The translations under genes and the position numbers were made by a program. Positions 38,101-49,701 of a DNA stretch of 64,000 nt are shown here, one piece after another. The stretch is from Bugula neritina (Eukaryota > Animalia > Bryozoa), in assembly GCA_964035545.1 (NCBI GenBank), contig OZ037767.1, positions 2,615,680-2,679,679 of the forward strand. The letters are read 5' to 3'. The notes beneath the pieces are model-generated. The model searched no databases. It had not been told where the DNA came from and saw nothing but the letters and a program-made list of their open reading frames with translations. Numbering within the stretch: position 1 is the first letter of the stretch; every line of letters begins with the position of its first letter.

Positions 38101-41100
38101 CATTACCAAATAACTGCTGGACCATGTAATGTTAACACTATAATGCATATTCAAACTCCTCTCCAATATAGTAATTGTTGTTCCCTTATAAAGGAGGCAA
38201 CTCCAAACCTCAATGATTGAGGAGGGAATTATTGAGTGGCTCATCAGATTACTCAAAGATAATGATGAGCTCTCAGACTACAATCTAGAATATTCCGTGG
38301 CTCTAACTATGAACCTTTGCCTCAGGAATGCTGGTGAGTTGTCTTATCTCTATCAAAGCTCTTTAAATACTGTTAGTTTTTAGCTGCTTCTTATTCATGA
38401 GTTGAATTGACAAAACCAGCATGAAAATAATATTAGTTTTACATTTAAATATAATATTTTTATATCTACATTGTTCTGTTCATTCCATTTGTGAAATTTG
38501 CATTGTCTAATAAATTTGTTGATGAGCTAAACTTTTGCGCTATTGAAATTATTTATGCATTTTTCAACCTATGCTTTTGTTGAAGTTTTTCATGTGTTCG
38601 TAATTGCTATTTTGTATATTTTGTTATGATTTATAAATAAATGAGGACATTTTTAACTTATTATGATTTAATTATATAATTTATAAATGAACAAAAGTTT
38701 TCTGAGCTATTATTTTCCATATGCTAATTGAAACGCAGGTAAGATGAGATGTGCCAGGGAACCCAAGTTAGTGTTGGAAGTGCTATGTGACCTCCTGGGC
38801 CATGAAAACTTGGAAATTAGGCCGTATGTTAATGGAGCTCTCTACAGCATTCTAGGAATTCCCTCTATTCGAGAAAAGGCTCGTTCAATGGTGAGACAAC
38901 TTCATGTGTCAAAGCCTTAATAAATGTTTTTATTTATTTTACTAGAGATCTACTTTTTTATTGTGAATTCTACTTGCTATTTTATCAATAATTTCAGAGT
39001 ATGGAGGATATTTTGCGGTGCTTCATCAAAGACGGTCAAGCTGATATGAATCGCCAAATTGAATTTATAATTAAACAGTTGAATTCAGGTGAGTTTTGTA
39101 TATCTTTTCCTCTTCTGTTTTATTTAAAATCGCAAATTTCTTTTACTGGTTCATCTTTTATATTTTTATCCGCACAGAAAATCTTGAGAATACAATCAAA
39201 CATAGTCTTGCTGTGTGCACATATTGATAGGCTAACTAATCTAACAATGTTTCTGTGTTACAGTTAAACTACCAGGTACTTTGTTATAATCATTAGTGTA
39301 GCGCCAATCACTGTAGTAGTAAACTTGCACATTTGTATTATATGAATATACAGGTGATTAGCATTGCCATTACCATATCCATCCGTGTGGGTCATCTTAT
39401 TCATGAGCTCGCAACTCTTGATTATGTGTCGTAGGCACTAACTGGTTTTGTTGTCTGACAATATATTGTGTAAATTGTAGTGGAAATTTCAGGTAGCCAT
39501 AATAATATCATTGCACCATCAGCCATTACTGCACATACCATATAACACTATTTTATATTGTTTTATATGCTTTAAACATTGACCACTGTTAAGCTGGTAG
39601 CATGACTGGTGTCCAGAATATATATTGTCGAACTACAAGTCATCATAAGCTAGTCTATTCTATAACTCACACAGTATTAGTCATTTAGTATGACTAACAC
39701 TGTGGGAATCATATGGTCATTTGAATGCTCTGCATGCACTTTACAGTAAAACATTTTATTTAGTTCCAATAAATGCGCTACAATTTTGTTAATAAATTGT
39801 TCTTTTTTTACTTTTCCAATATTTTGGTATCGTACTACCACTTTTTTAAAATTCTTTTGCACTAAAATATTGTTTGAATTTTAATTTATACTATTTTATT
39901 ATTCGTTAGTAGACTGTAAATTATTGAAATTTAATTAGTTGAATGCCAAAACCATATTCACTTTAGAATTCAATTTAAACCAATTCATAACTGAACCAAA
40001 AGATTGATTCAATAAATTATTTTCAACTTTTGAAAGCAAATTCGATGTTTTACAAATTGTTACAGCTGATGACGCCTCTGATGACATGTCGGACGACGAA
40101 GACGACGATGACGAGGACGAGGACCAGGATGCAATGGAGGCTGACCTTGACAAATCTGAAGTACTCAGACTGGAGCCAAGTCGTCTGCAAGGGGACCGTC
40201 TGCTTCTCACTCAGTATACTCTCAGTACTGATAAGAAAAACAGGGTATGTCAGTCAGTATACTCTCAGTACTGATAAGAAAAACAGGGTATGTAACTCAG
40301 TATACTCTCAGTACTGATAAGAAAAACAGGGTATGTAACTCAGTATACTCTCAGTACTGATAAGAAAAACAGGGTATGTCACTCAGTATACTCTCAGTAC
40401 TGATAAGAAAAACAGGGTATGTCACTCAGTATACTCTCAGTACTGATAAGAAAAACAGGGTATGTCACTCAGTATACTCTCAGTACTGATAAGAAAAACA
40501 GGGTGTGTCACTCAGATTCAACTTGAGTTAGAGATTTACACATGCATGTGTCATTGAGCAGTACGCAGTCACAATTTTTTTATTAAAATTATTTAAATTG
40601 GCAAAATTTAAAAAGATATTTGTCACCTAGGATATTCACAGCTAAGTGAGCTTTAAGTATTTTAGAGAGAAACTTCTAAATGTAAACAATGCTGAGTGAA
40701 ATTTTGCAGACTATTGTTCGCATTTGTTTGTTGTAAAATCATGCTAAAGAATGAAATAAATTTAATAACAAAGAGACAACTTTAATTTAAAGGAAGCTAA
40801 TGCTAATAGGTAAAAGGTGCTGAATTGAATCTTCTGTTCCAAATGTACGCCATATACGACTACATGTTGTGTTGAACTTTTCCTTGTAGCTGCGCCAACT
40901 GCAGAAGTCTGATACTCCATTCAATAGACCAGTGACTCCGAGTCAGATGAGACCAATCTCTCGTCACTTGGTGTCTCCCAGGTAATACATCACACGGAAT
41001 ACGCTGCCGATTATATCACACGGAATACGCTGCCTATTATATCACTGTGTGATACTATACCATTCACCTGTTTCCTATAGAATGTCTATTATACTCATGC

Positions 41101-42767
41101 TGGCCTCATTGTATTTGCTAGCCCGCTATTGGCTGCTGTTGCGGAGAGACCTCCCACAGGAAGTCACTCTAAATCTGGTCACAGACCTCGTACTGGTGAG
41201 ATACGAAGTGGCTCATCAAACAGTCGCCCTCTTTCAGGAAACAATGGAGTCCGTCCGATATCGGGGCAGAGCAGTCGATCTGGCCACAGCAATGGGTTTG
41301 TCATCTGCAAAAACATTTTATAGCACTTTTTAAGTTTATTTCTTAATAGAGTTTATCAACTTGCTGATTGACTATAAATAATAATATATTAATATATAAT
41401 AATTAGTACAATAATATAAAGGTAATAGCATAATAATATTATATAAAGAATATTAATATATAGTCATTAGTATAATAATATATAATTAATAACATAATAA
41501 AAATATAATTAATAATAATAATTTTATGTAATTATGTAAAGATCTTATTTACTAATTTGATTGGCTGTTATGACTCATAATATATCTGACTTTCAGGTCC
41601 CGAATGAGTCAGCATTCTAATAACTCTGGACGGAGAGACAGCATTTCACGCTCTCAGGGGTCAAGTCCTACGAACATTCATCTCAAGAACAGCACAAATA
41701 TAGACCGTCCAATGACGCGCAGCGGAAGTAGACCATCTTCTGCCAGTGGTGAAAATAGTGGGGGGAATCTCACTCCCCGCCCTCGCAGTGGTAGTAAAAG
41801 CAGGAAATCCTCTACAACTTATGCTAAGTAAGATAATATGCGATATAATACTCTTCAACACGTTAAGACAACTTTGCTATAAGGAAAATTTAGTGTACGC
41901 GCGTGTGTGTGTATTATGCGTGTGTACGTGTGCGTGCATGTGTGTGCGTGTGTGTGTGCGCGCGCGCGCGTGGTTTTACTTACTGCAGTTGTTGTAAGCT
42001 GTAGAAAGTTATAGCCAACAGTGTTAAACTTTTTTTTAGTTGAACTGCTATGTTAGCTATTATTAGCCTCTGTTCCTGAAATACCCAAAACTCTTAAGCT
42101 CTTCATACTCGTTAGATCTCCTGAATACGAGACTGCTTTTGGTGCTAAGCCTTTGATTCCACGAACTCCTGACACAAGGGGAAAGTCGAAGGGTATGAGT
42201 TTACCTCCCCAACCAACCTACAGTGATAGCCTGCCGAGTCCCAGGCCAAACTCCGGGTCTAGTGATAAAGGTAGAAGGTATGCTAGATGAGAGAGTAATC
42301 TACGACGACTAGGGCATTGGTAATTTGAGTGACGTGTGGGCCTTCTTCTATCTCAGTTGATACTTACCTCAAACGCATGAAATAACTTACCTCAAGTGCA
42401 TGAAATAACTTACCCTAAACGCATTAGGTAACTTACCTCCAATGCATTGGGTGACTTACCTCGTATGCATGGAATTTCTTATCCCTGGTAATTTTACCAC
42501 TAGCCAAAATGTAACCAAACACTGCAGTAGTTTAACACTTTAGACCCGCCAATAACCTTTTGCTTCTAGAACGTTCATCTGCGACACACTTACAGCAGCT
42601 TCTCTCTTCTCAACAGCCTTTGTGATTGTAGAACAGTTAAAGTACTAGTTTTAGACTGACGGCTAGTCACTAGCTCGTAGCAAGCTGGTTGTACAGATAG
42701 TATAGTCTGTAGTATGGTAAGATAACTTCTAACTAATCTTTTATGTTTTCCTTATTTCAGAAACTAG
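29199..42767 (+). CDS. ARMC9: LisH domain-containing protein ARMC9 (multi-exon)
   Basis: ELSSCIKE|[18 protein letters not shown] (LisH), [110 protein letters not shown]. Stop is either TGA 42288-42290 (unspliced) or TAG 42765-42767 (spliced). Confidence 0.93.
34670..34938. repeat. Minisatellite built from GTGACATT/GTGACC (14-bp core)
   Basis: Repeated gtgacattgtgacc, ending a few nt before the acceptor at 34945. Confidence 0.95.
35487..37983. mobile_element. Non-autonomous hAT-type element in an ARMC9 intron
   Basis: 14-bp TIRs CAGGGATGTAGTGG / CCACTACATCCCTG; 8-bp TSD ATTATACT (35479-35486 and 37984-37991); GC-rich subterminal hairpin-like segment at ~35527-35600. Confidence 0.9.
37262..37943. 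mobile_element. MITE (PIF/Harbinger-like) nested near the right end of the hAT
   Basis: ~40-bp TIRs CCCCTCATTCACACTTACCGTATCGTACGTCGTAACAGCA / TGCTGTTACGGCGTACGGTACGGTAAGTGTGAATAGGGGG; flanks TTA/ATA. Confidence 0.85.
40207..40515 (+). repeat. 43-bp tandem repeat x7 spanning an ARMC9 exon end and 5' splice site
   Basis: Units start at 40212, 40255, 40298, 40341, 40384, 40427 and 40470. Confidence 0.97.
42361..42485. repeat. 23-bp degenerate tandem repeat x5 (ACTTACCTC core)
   Basis: acttacc at 42362, 42385, 42408, 42431 and 42454. Confidence 0.85.
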
Positions 42768-45700
42768 ATAAAGGGAAGAGCGCACCCAGCTGTATTAAAG
42801 ATGCTGAAAAGAGTGCTACAAATGCAAGAGACACTCATTGTATATTTGGTGACACATAGACTCGGGTCTTGGTTATATAAACTCAGATCTACAAGCGTAT
42901 TTATTGCTTTTTATCAGAAAAATTGTACTCCATATATTTTACCTCAGAGACATTATTTTAATCAAACCAAACAGGGTTATATAATATTCTAACCTGTTGC
43001 AAGTATGCAAATATACTGTACTTGTTATTGTGTTTTAGATATAGTTGTAACATAAAAAGAATTGAATATACTACACTATGTTATCTGTACACCAACAATA
43101 TTTAGAGTGTTCTTATATTTCTTAACTTGATATACCATAGTATATAGTAGAGTATATAGATCTCGTGAGTTGTCCGTCCATTGCCTTTTATTATTCACAC
43201 ATCATGGCTAGATGTAGCAATTTTTTGTGTATAAAATACTTTTTGTCATTTTGCCCAATGATATTCGTCCACTTTATGCATTTCTTATTTCTGCTTAAAT
43301 ATTTTTTTGCATTAGTTGTATATACAGACCTATGCTTTTTATTAATTTACTATATGGGCCTTAATTACTTATATCTGCTGCTGCATTATTATTTCAGTTA
43401 TTAATAGCGGTTCATTTTTTAATTTAGACCTATTTATTTTCGGTTTTAAGTTTTTATACATTTATGCCGATTTGATTTAAACCTAATTATCTATCAACCT
43501 ATATAATAGAAAATATCAATCAACTTTTAGGCAAGATATTAGTAGACATTGCATATGAATGATATTCAATAAAGTGTTAAATTACCATTTTTCTCACACA
43601 TAATATATGTATATATAATATTTATGCAGTTTAATATCATTAAAGAATCAACATGATATGAACTGTTTAATTATGAGTTTATGATTACAAATAACATGTA
43701 AAGCACTTGCATTATCACGCTACGTTGTTTATGTAATATTTCCAGTATTAGCTGATAAAACATTATTTTGAAACAAGTGTTGGCTCTCCTAATTATTATT
43801 TGAATCTAGTTAAATTTATGTGTGGAGTTATCCTCTTTGTAAATATTTGGGCCGGCTTTGCGTTTAATGAACAAACGTTCCTTCTTATCGTGGCAAATTA
43901 GTTTACATTTCACTAATCTGAAGTCACGCGATTAGGCACGTTGTTCTTACGTGTCGAAGGTACTAACCTAAATCATGGCGGGTATAGGAAGACCAGCTGA
44001 TTTAGACAAACTATTATTGTCAAAAACTTTAATATATATTTCATTAGTAATTCTTCAAGTTTGCTCTATTATATCTCTTTCTACAGCTAAGGTGAGTTAT
44101 AAAAATAATAAATGTAAATGATTTTACTTGATTAAACTAACTCTGAGCCTATGAATTTCAACTAGGTGCAGCTGTTTCGGGACTAACTTTAATGACTGCC
44201 ACGCCCCCTTTTTTGAACTGGAAGGTTCTCTTTTAGCATTTGATTAGTAAGTCCAGACATTTAAATGTAAATGCTTACTTCTGTTGAATTGATTAAGTAA
44301 CTAAAGAAATTGAAGCATTTTATATTGTGTAGCATCAATTACATCATCATTTATTTTACTCCCGATACTAATCCTTCATATTATTATACAAACCCAACGT
44401 TTGTTTTCAAGCCTACATACCCAAATGATTTTATTTACTTTGTTGCAAAACTGAAAATTAGTTTTTTTTACAAATATTGCTCTTTTTGTATCTGTTATAT
44501 ATATCCATCATTATGTGATGATTGGTAAATTTTAATACAAGTTCAAAATATTGGTTGAATTGATTTAAGCAACAAAATTGAATTAAAAAGGAAAACTAAA
44601 TTTAGCTCAAGCCTAAAAAGTCTAAAAAATATTAATATTTGTTATGCTCAGCTAATTTTTTAAAACAATTTCAAGTTTAACTTTAAATAATTTACTTTTC
44701 TGAGTATTGTGTTGTATGTAACCTTGCATGTTTTGAATTTTAATTGCACCAGTTTACAGTATTAAAAATGTTTACTGCTGAAATGATATGATTAAGTTAC
44801 AGCAGACTTCATAAAAACTTTCATGTTACTGTACATCATTGTAAGTAAAGTAGTGCATTATTTTATACTGCTATTTTACAGAACATATGCATCCTAGTTT
44901 AAAGGTCAAACTATAGGTCAAACAAAGGTCAGACTATAGGTTCAGTCACATATTTTCAAGGTTAAGAGTGTATAACATTTTTTACATTGAATTCTTCTTT
45001 TAAACTTTCAGAAAAACTGTTGAGTTTTAAAAAATAAAGAACCTTCAGTTATGTTTTAATAGTTATATTCATTATAGAAACTTGTTCCTATACATTATTT
45101 TACGAATGTTTCATATGAATTAATGATGGAAGCCAGAAGCCAAAATAAAAATGATAATAAAATAAAGATCCTGATCAAATTCTGAAAAACTTGAAGTATG
45201 TGCTAAATTTAATATGTGCCTTCAAATAAGCTTTTATGAGAAAATGAGCAAACAGTAATTATGTGAAACTATTTCAAGTGCCTTAATATAGCAGCATGTT
45301 GGCTCCTTCTAAAACTGTGTTTGTTTTGAAATCACAAGAGTTATGCAATCATTGAATTCAAGTGTTATTGACAATTTATACTATTACATAATACTCGCTA
45401 TAATGTTATACAATTAAATGAGACAAGCTTGGTTTGCTGAAATCAGTCACCATATAAACTACAGTTTATGAGACTTGAATACGTAAATCGAATGTTTTAA
45501 TATAGAAACTGGAACTATGCCTACTCGATGTATGAAGTAATGTTCAAGGCACATACAGCTCTTTTGCTGGTAGCCATTTATTACTAAAGTCATATACACT
45601 GAGCCACAATACATTCCACTCTTCTTATGTCATTGTGACATGTAACTTTTTCCCTTAGAAAAACCATTAACCTAGCTCTGCAATGATCGTCTATAAATAG

Positions 45701-45966
45701 CTGTATGACTTCATTGTTTTGCTGAGTTTTATCTCCCACAGCTACGTTGAGGCTGTTCAGAACTTACACACACACTGATCTGTGTTAAAATTGTTGTTAT
45801 GAACATCTAGTCTTGTATTTGAAAGTTCCCATCATCTAATGAAAACACAAAAATTATACATACATGACACATTTGTACTTTTTAACATAAACTGATGCAA
45901 ACTGTATTTAGTTACTACCGCCAAAGCTAGGTTATTGAATGCAGCATGGTGAACTATTTTTTGTAG

Positions 45967-48472
45967 ATAAACTTATCAGGCAAATGCGTATTGTTTGCTG
46001 AATGTTCGAATGAATCTAACAAGACTGGAGTGGTTATAAAAGAGGATCCACGGCACTGTGACTTTGTTTTATATACGTCTGTTGTTGAATTAATTTTACT
46101 CACATTACTCACTCCGTACCATTTATTTATATTCTACAAATCAAGATGGGACGCAGACGTTGTGTAAGTATAACTGACCAATTATTTGAGTTGTCATTTT
46201 TAACTCTGTAAACTTGTCATCACTAGTTGTCAGTTAGATTACGATCACAATGCTCAAACCCGTTGTTTCTCAAACCAAGACTATAATTATAATCTAAGCT
46301 TCATTTGTGATAATGGAATTGCACAATGAACAACTAGCATATTTTATCAGTCACTGCGAGTACAAAGATTGTGTTGCCGAGTTACTAAAAGTTACCAGCA
46401 AAAGTTAAAAGTCCAAAGGTTTATTTATCTTCTCCAATGACTAATAGTGGCTCATCTTAACATTGATAAGATATTCCCAATAGGCTACTACAATATATAT
46501 TTGTATTTAAACTGTGCATGAGTCAATTTTTCTCAAATATTATATTATTTAATTTCTAATGTTGTATGTCTTCATATATTTTGTAGAGAAAATCTCAGAG
46601 TTAAACCGATGATATTCTTAGCGTTTGTTTGCTCTATTTTGGGCATTATAGCTTCCGGGATAACCAGTGGTGGATACTTTATTCAGAAGTAAGGAAATAA
46701 TATGATTGGTGGAAATATGATCAATTGAAATTTGATTGGCTAAAGTTTGATTGGTAGAAATGTAATCATATAGTTCTGAGACCAATCAACTACTTTATTT
46801 CTATCGTGTATTATATTGTTTATTTACTTTACAGGCTTCTCAAAGATTGTAGAATCAAATTTGAAAATTTAGAATACTGAAATATGCTAAATACCAACTT
46901 TATCAATCTTACCAACTTTATCAAGCAAAATTAATCTTGCATTCAAATTAGATCAGTATCAGAGAATAATATTTAAAATAATTGTTGTCCAACTTAATAA
47001 GTCTTTATAATATTACATTATAATTATAGACTAGCAATTAGATATTTAATTTGTACACTTAAATGTATTAGACCATAAGTTGTGTACAGCCTTAAGGAAG
47101 GTTGTCATCACAACTCACCTACTAAGTAAACATATGATAGTGTAGTTTATATTATGTAGATATTATGTTATATAACCAAGTGCAATGTTATAATATTATG
47201 CATTGCAAGTAATGATGAAAAATAACTGTAATTAAATGTTTCTAGATGTACACATTTGCTGGCAGAAGTAGAGTCGTACCCAAAAGGGACTCTTATTCAT
47301 CTGATATTGGACATCAAACTCACTGAGGTAATTTGTAACTAGTAACTAGTAACTAGTAAACTGGTACATTAGTAACTAGTAAACTAGTAACTAGTAACTA
47401 GTAACTAGTAACTAGTAAACTGGTACATTAGTAACTAGTAACTAGTAACTAGTAAACTGATATAAGCTAGTAAGTAGTAAACTAAGCAAAATGCATGGAG
47501 CTGTGTGCAGTATCAGAATCTACCCTGTTTAGATGCGTTGGTGGAGAAATTTCCATAACCCAAGTTTTTAATTTTCTCAATAAATTTTAGTTTGGGGTGT
47601 TTGGAGCATAATTTCTTCTGCTACATTTCTAATCTAGAACACTGGCTTTGTTCAATTTTTCCATTACTGCATCTACCTCTAGCATTTAAACGTAGTTTTG
47701 AAAATCGAAATAATCTTTCCCCTTTGCACTTTGAACAAATTGAAATAAAAGCTATATGAAAAATAAAACAACACCAGATATATGCAAGACCTTGACAACT
47801 CTGTGTGAAAACTGAGTGCAATGCGGTAGTATTATGTAGTGTAATATGTAGTTGCCTATAGTTTAATTATTAACTATAAACAAACATGAAAGGGAGGGAC
47901 ACCATCACCATTATTTCATAGATTTACGTTTACGCTGCTACCCACCATGATGTAACTTTTGAGCATTTGCCATTCTGAAAAACACTTATGAAGCAATATC
48001 TTATTACTCATTACTAGATATTCTAGTGACTGAACTTTGCTATAACTAGTCTACAGTGGAATGATGAACATTTAAAGATAAGATAAAGAAGTTTGGTTCT
48101 GTTTGTTATTTAATAATTTAAAGTTTGTATCTCTGTATACAGTACAGCATGTGACATCAGGGAATAATCTCAGCAATCTACACAGAGAGAAGTCAGTAGC
48201 ACTTGAAACTGAAGTGCTCTGATAATGCAATACTATTGTTCTCTATGTTTCCAGACTGACTGTGTGATGTAATAATTTGAAAGCTTGTTTTTCAGGGTAC
48301 GCTATGGTTTAGCACAGTGCTGTGGATTGCACTATTAGCTCTCTCTATCATTAGACATATGAAGCAGAAAAAAGTGGAGACATCAAAACGTTATGCTTTA
48401 ACGTTGCTAGAAAACTCAAGGACTAACTCAGATGAAGTTTTATTTGAGTCAAAAATCAGTCGTCGATCATAA
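45967..48472 (+). CDS. TMEM179-like multi-pass membrane protein; first coding exon unresolved, possibly degenerating (not in the ORF track)
   Basis: Exons ~45967-46163, 46587-46688, 47246-47327 and 48296-48472 splice in frame: SGKCVLF...PRHCDFVLYTSVVELILL...FLAFVCSILGIIASGITSGGY...C...GTLWFSTVLWIALLALSIIR. This parallels the TMEM179 pattern as recalled (GRCLLF, CRF, IASTIVSVGF, GLWASW). Confidence 0.65.
47335..47482. repeat. (AACTAGT)n 7-bp satellite in an intron
   Basis: Visible directly. Confidence 0.9.
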
Positions 48473-49701
48473 ATAACAAACCAGGAATAGAAATTTTATT
48501 GCAACATGTTATAGAAAGATATTTCTATTTGGGAATCATCTTCTTTACCTTTCTTGCTTCACAACTTCCACCCTAATCTCTAGCCTTAGCTCCTCATAAT
48601 ACTGTAGTCACCAATAGGGGGTATACAACTATTTTTGGTATTAATTTCCACATATATTTCTTGTGGCTTTGGATTGAAAAGTTGCAAGTTCAATCACATA
48701 CATGCATTATAACATAATGCATATGATATTTCTTTATTTTTACATTATCATGATATTATATTATGCTACTTATTATAGAAACCCTGAAATATTTCTCTTG
48801 AAAACGTTTTTAAACACTCGATTATATGAACAAACGCAATAAAATGCTCTGTTAACTGCTATCTGTTTTTATAGCATTACAATTAATGCTGCATCGAATT
48901 TGCTATTGAATTTTAATACAGTATTTGACATTCTTTTCTATGGTGTTAATTTTCTTGGCATAATTTGTACTAATCTGAAATTAAGTACTAAGTATAATCC
49001 ATACTTCAGTTTGTGCCATCTTTGGAGTGAAAAGTAAAAAATAACAAGTTAGATCATGCAGTCATCTTATTTATTAATTATTACTTAAGCACAGGAACCT
49101 TGACAAGTGTGTGTTACCATGAAAAATTCCGACATACTTATATATATTTATCAAAAGCTATTCAATGCTTAAAACCCACAAGTATAGACGTATAGTGTAT
49201 ATTGTACGTATAGGAATGGAAAAAAGGTTGTTGATTCATAAATCATCTAATATGCAGACAGCAGCCCATGACAAACTACATGCTTATAGACAATAGCAGT
49301 CAATATTTTGACTAACAATTTTATATTGTTTGTTCAGAGTGATTACAAACTATTGCTAGAATCTAGGACAAATGCAGGTATTTGAATATGGAATGGGGTC
49401 TCTTTTTCTTTGACAATGATGGACTATCTTTTCATTACAAGTACTTGCGTAGTACAAAGCCGATAGAAAAGATAACTCCGTAATTCACATGCAGTAGTAA
49501 ATATTGATTTTCAGCTGGAAACACGCCTTTTGCTTTCCACATCGTGTTTGCGACATTGCGGTTTATAAACAAAACCATCACAGGCTAAGTTTATTTTTGA
49601 ATAATTGAAGAGTGGCGCTCGTTGCCAAACGAAAACCAACAACCTTGCCTGCATCAACTCCAAGGCCGTATAAAATAGAAAAATCTTTTGTCAAGTTTAC
49701 A

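Noticed and set aside
40207-40515. CRISPR-like regular array
   Set aside because: Head-to-tail repeats with no unique spacers, in a eukaryotic gene.
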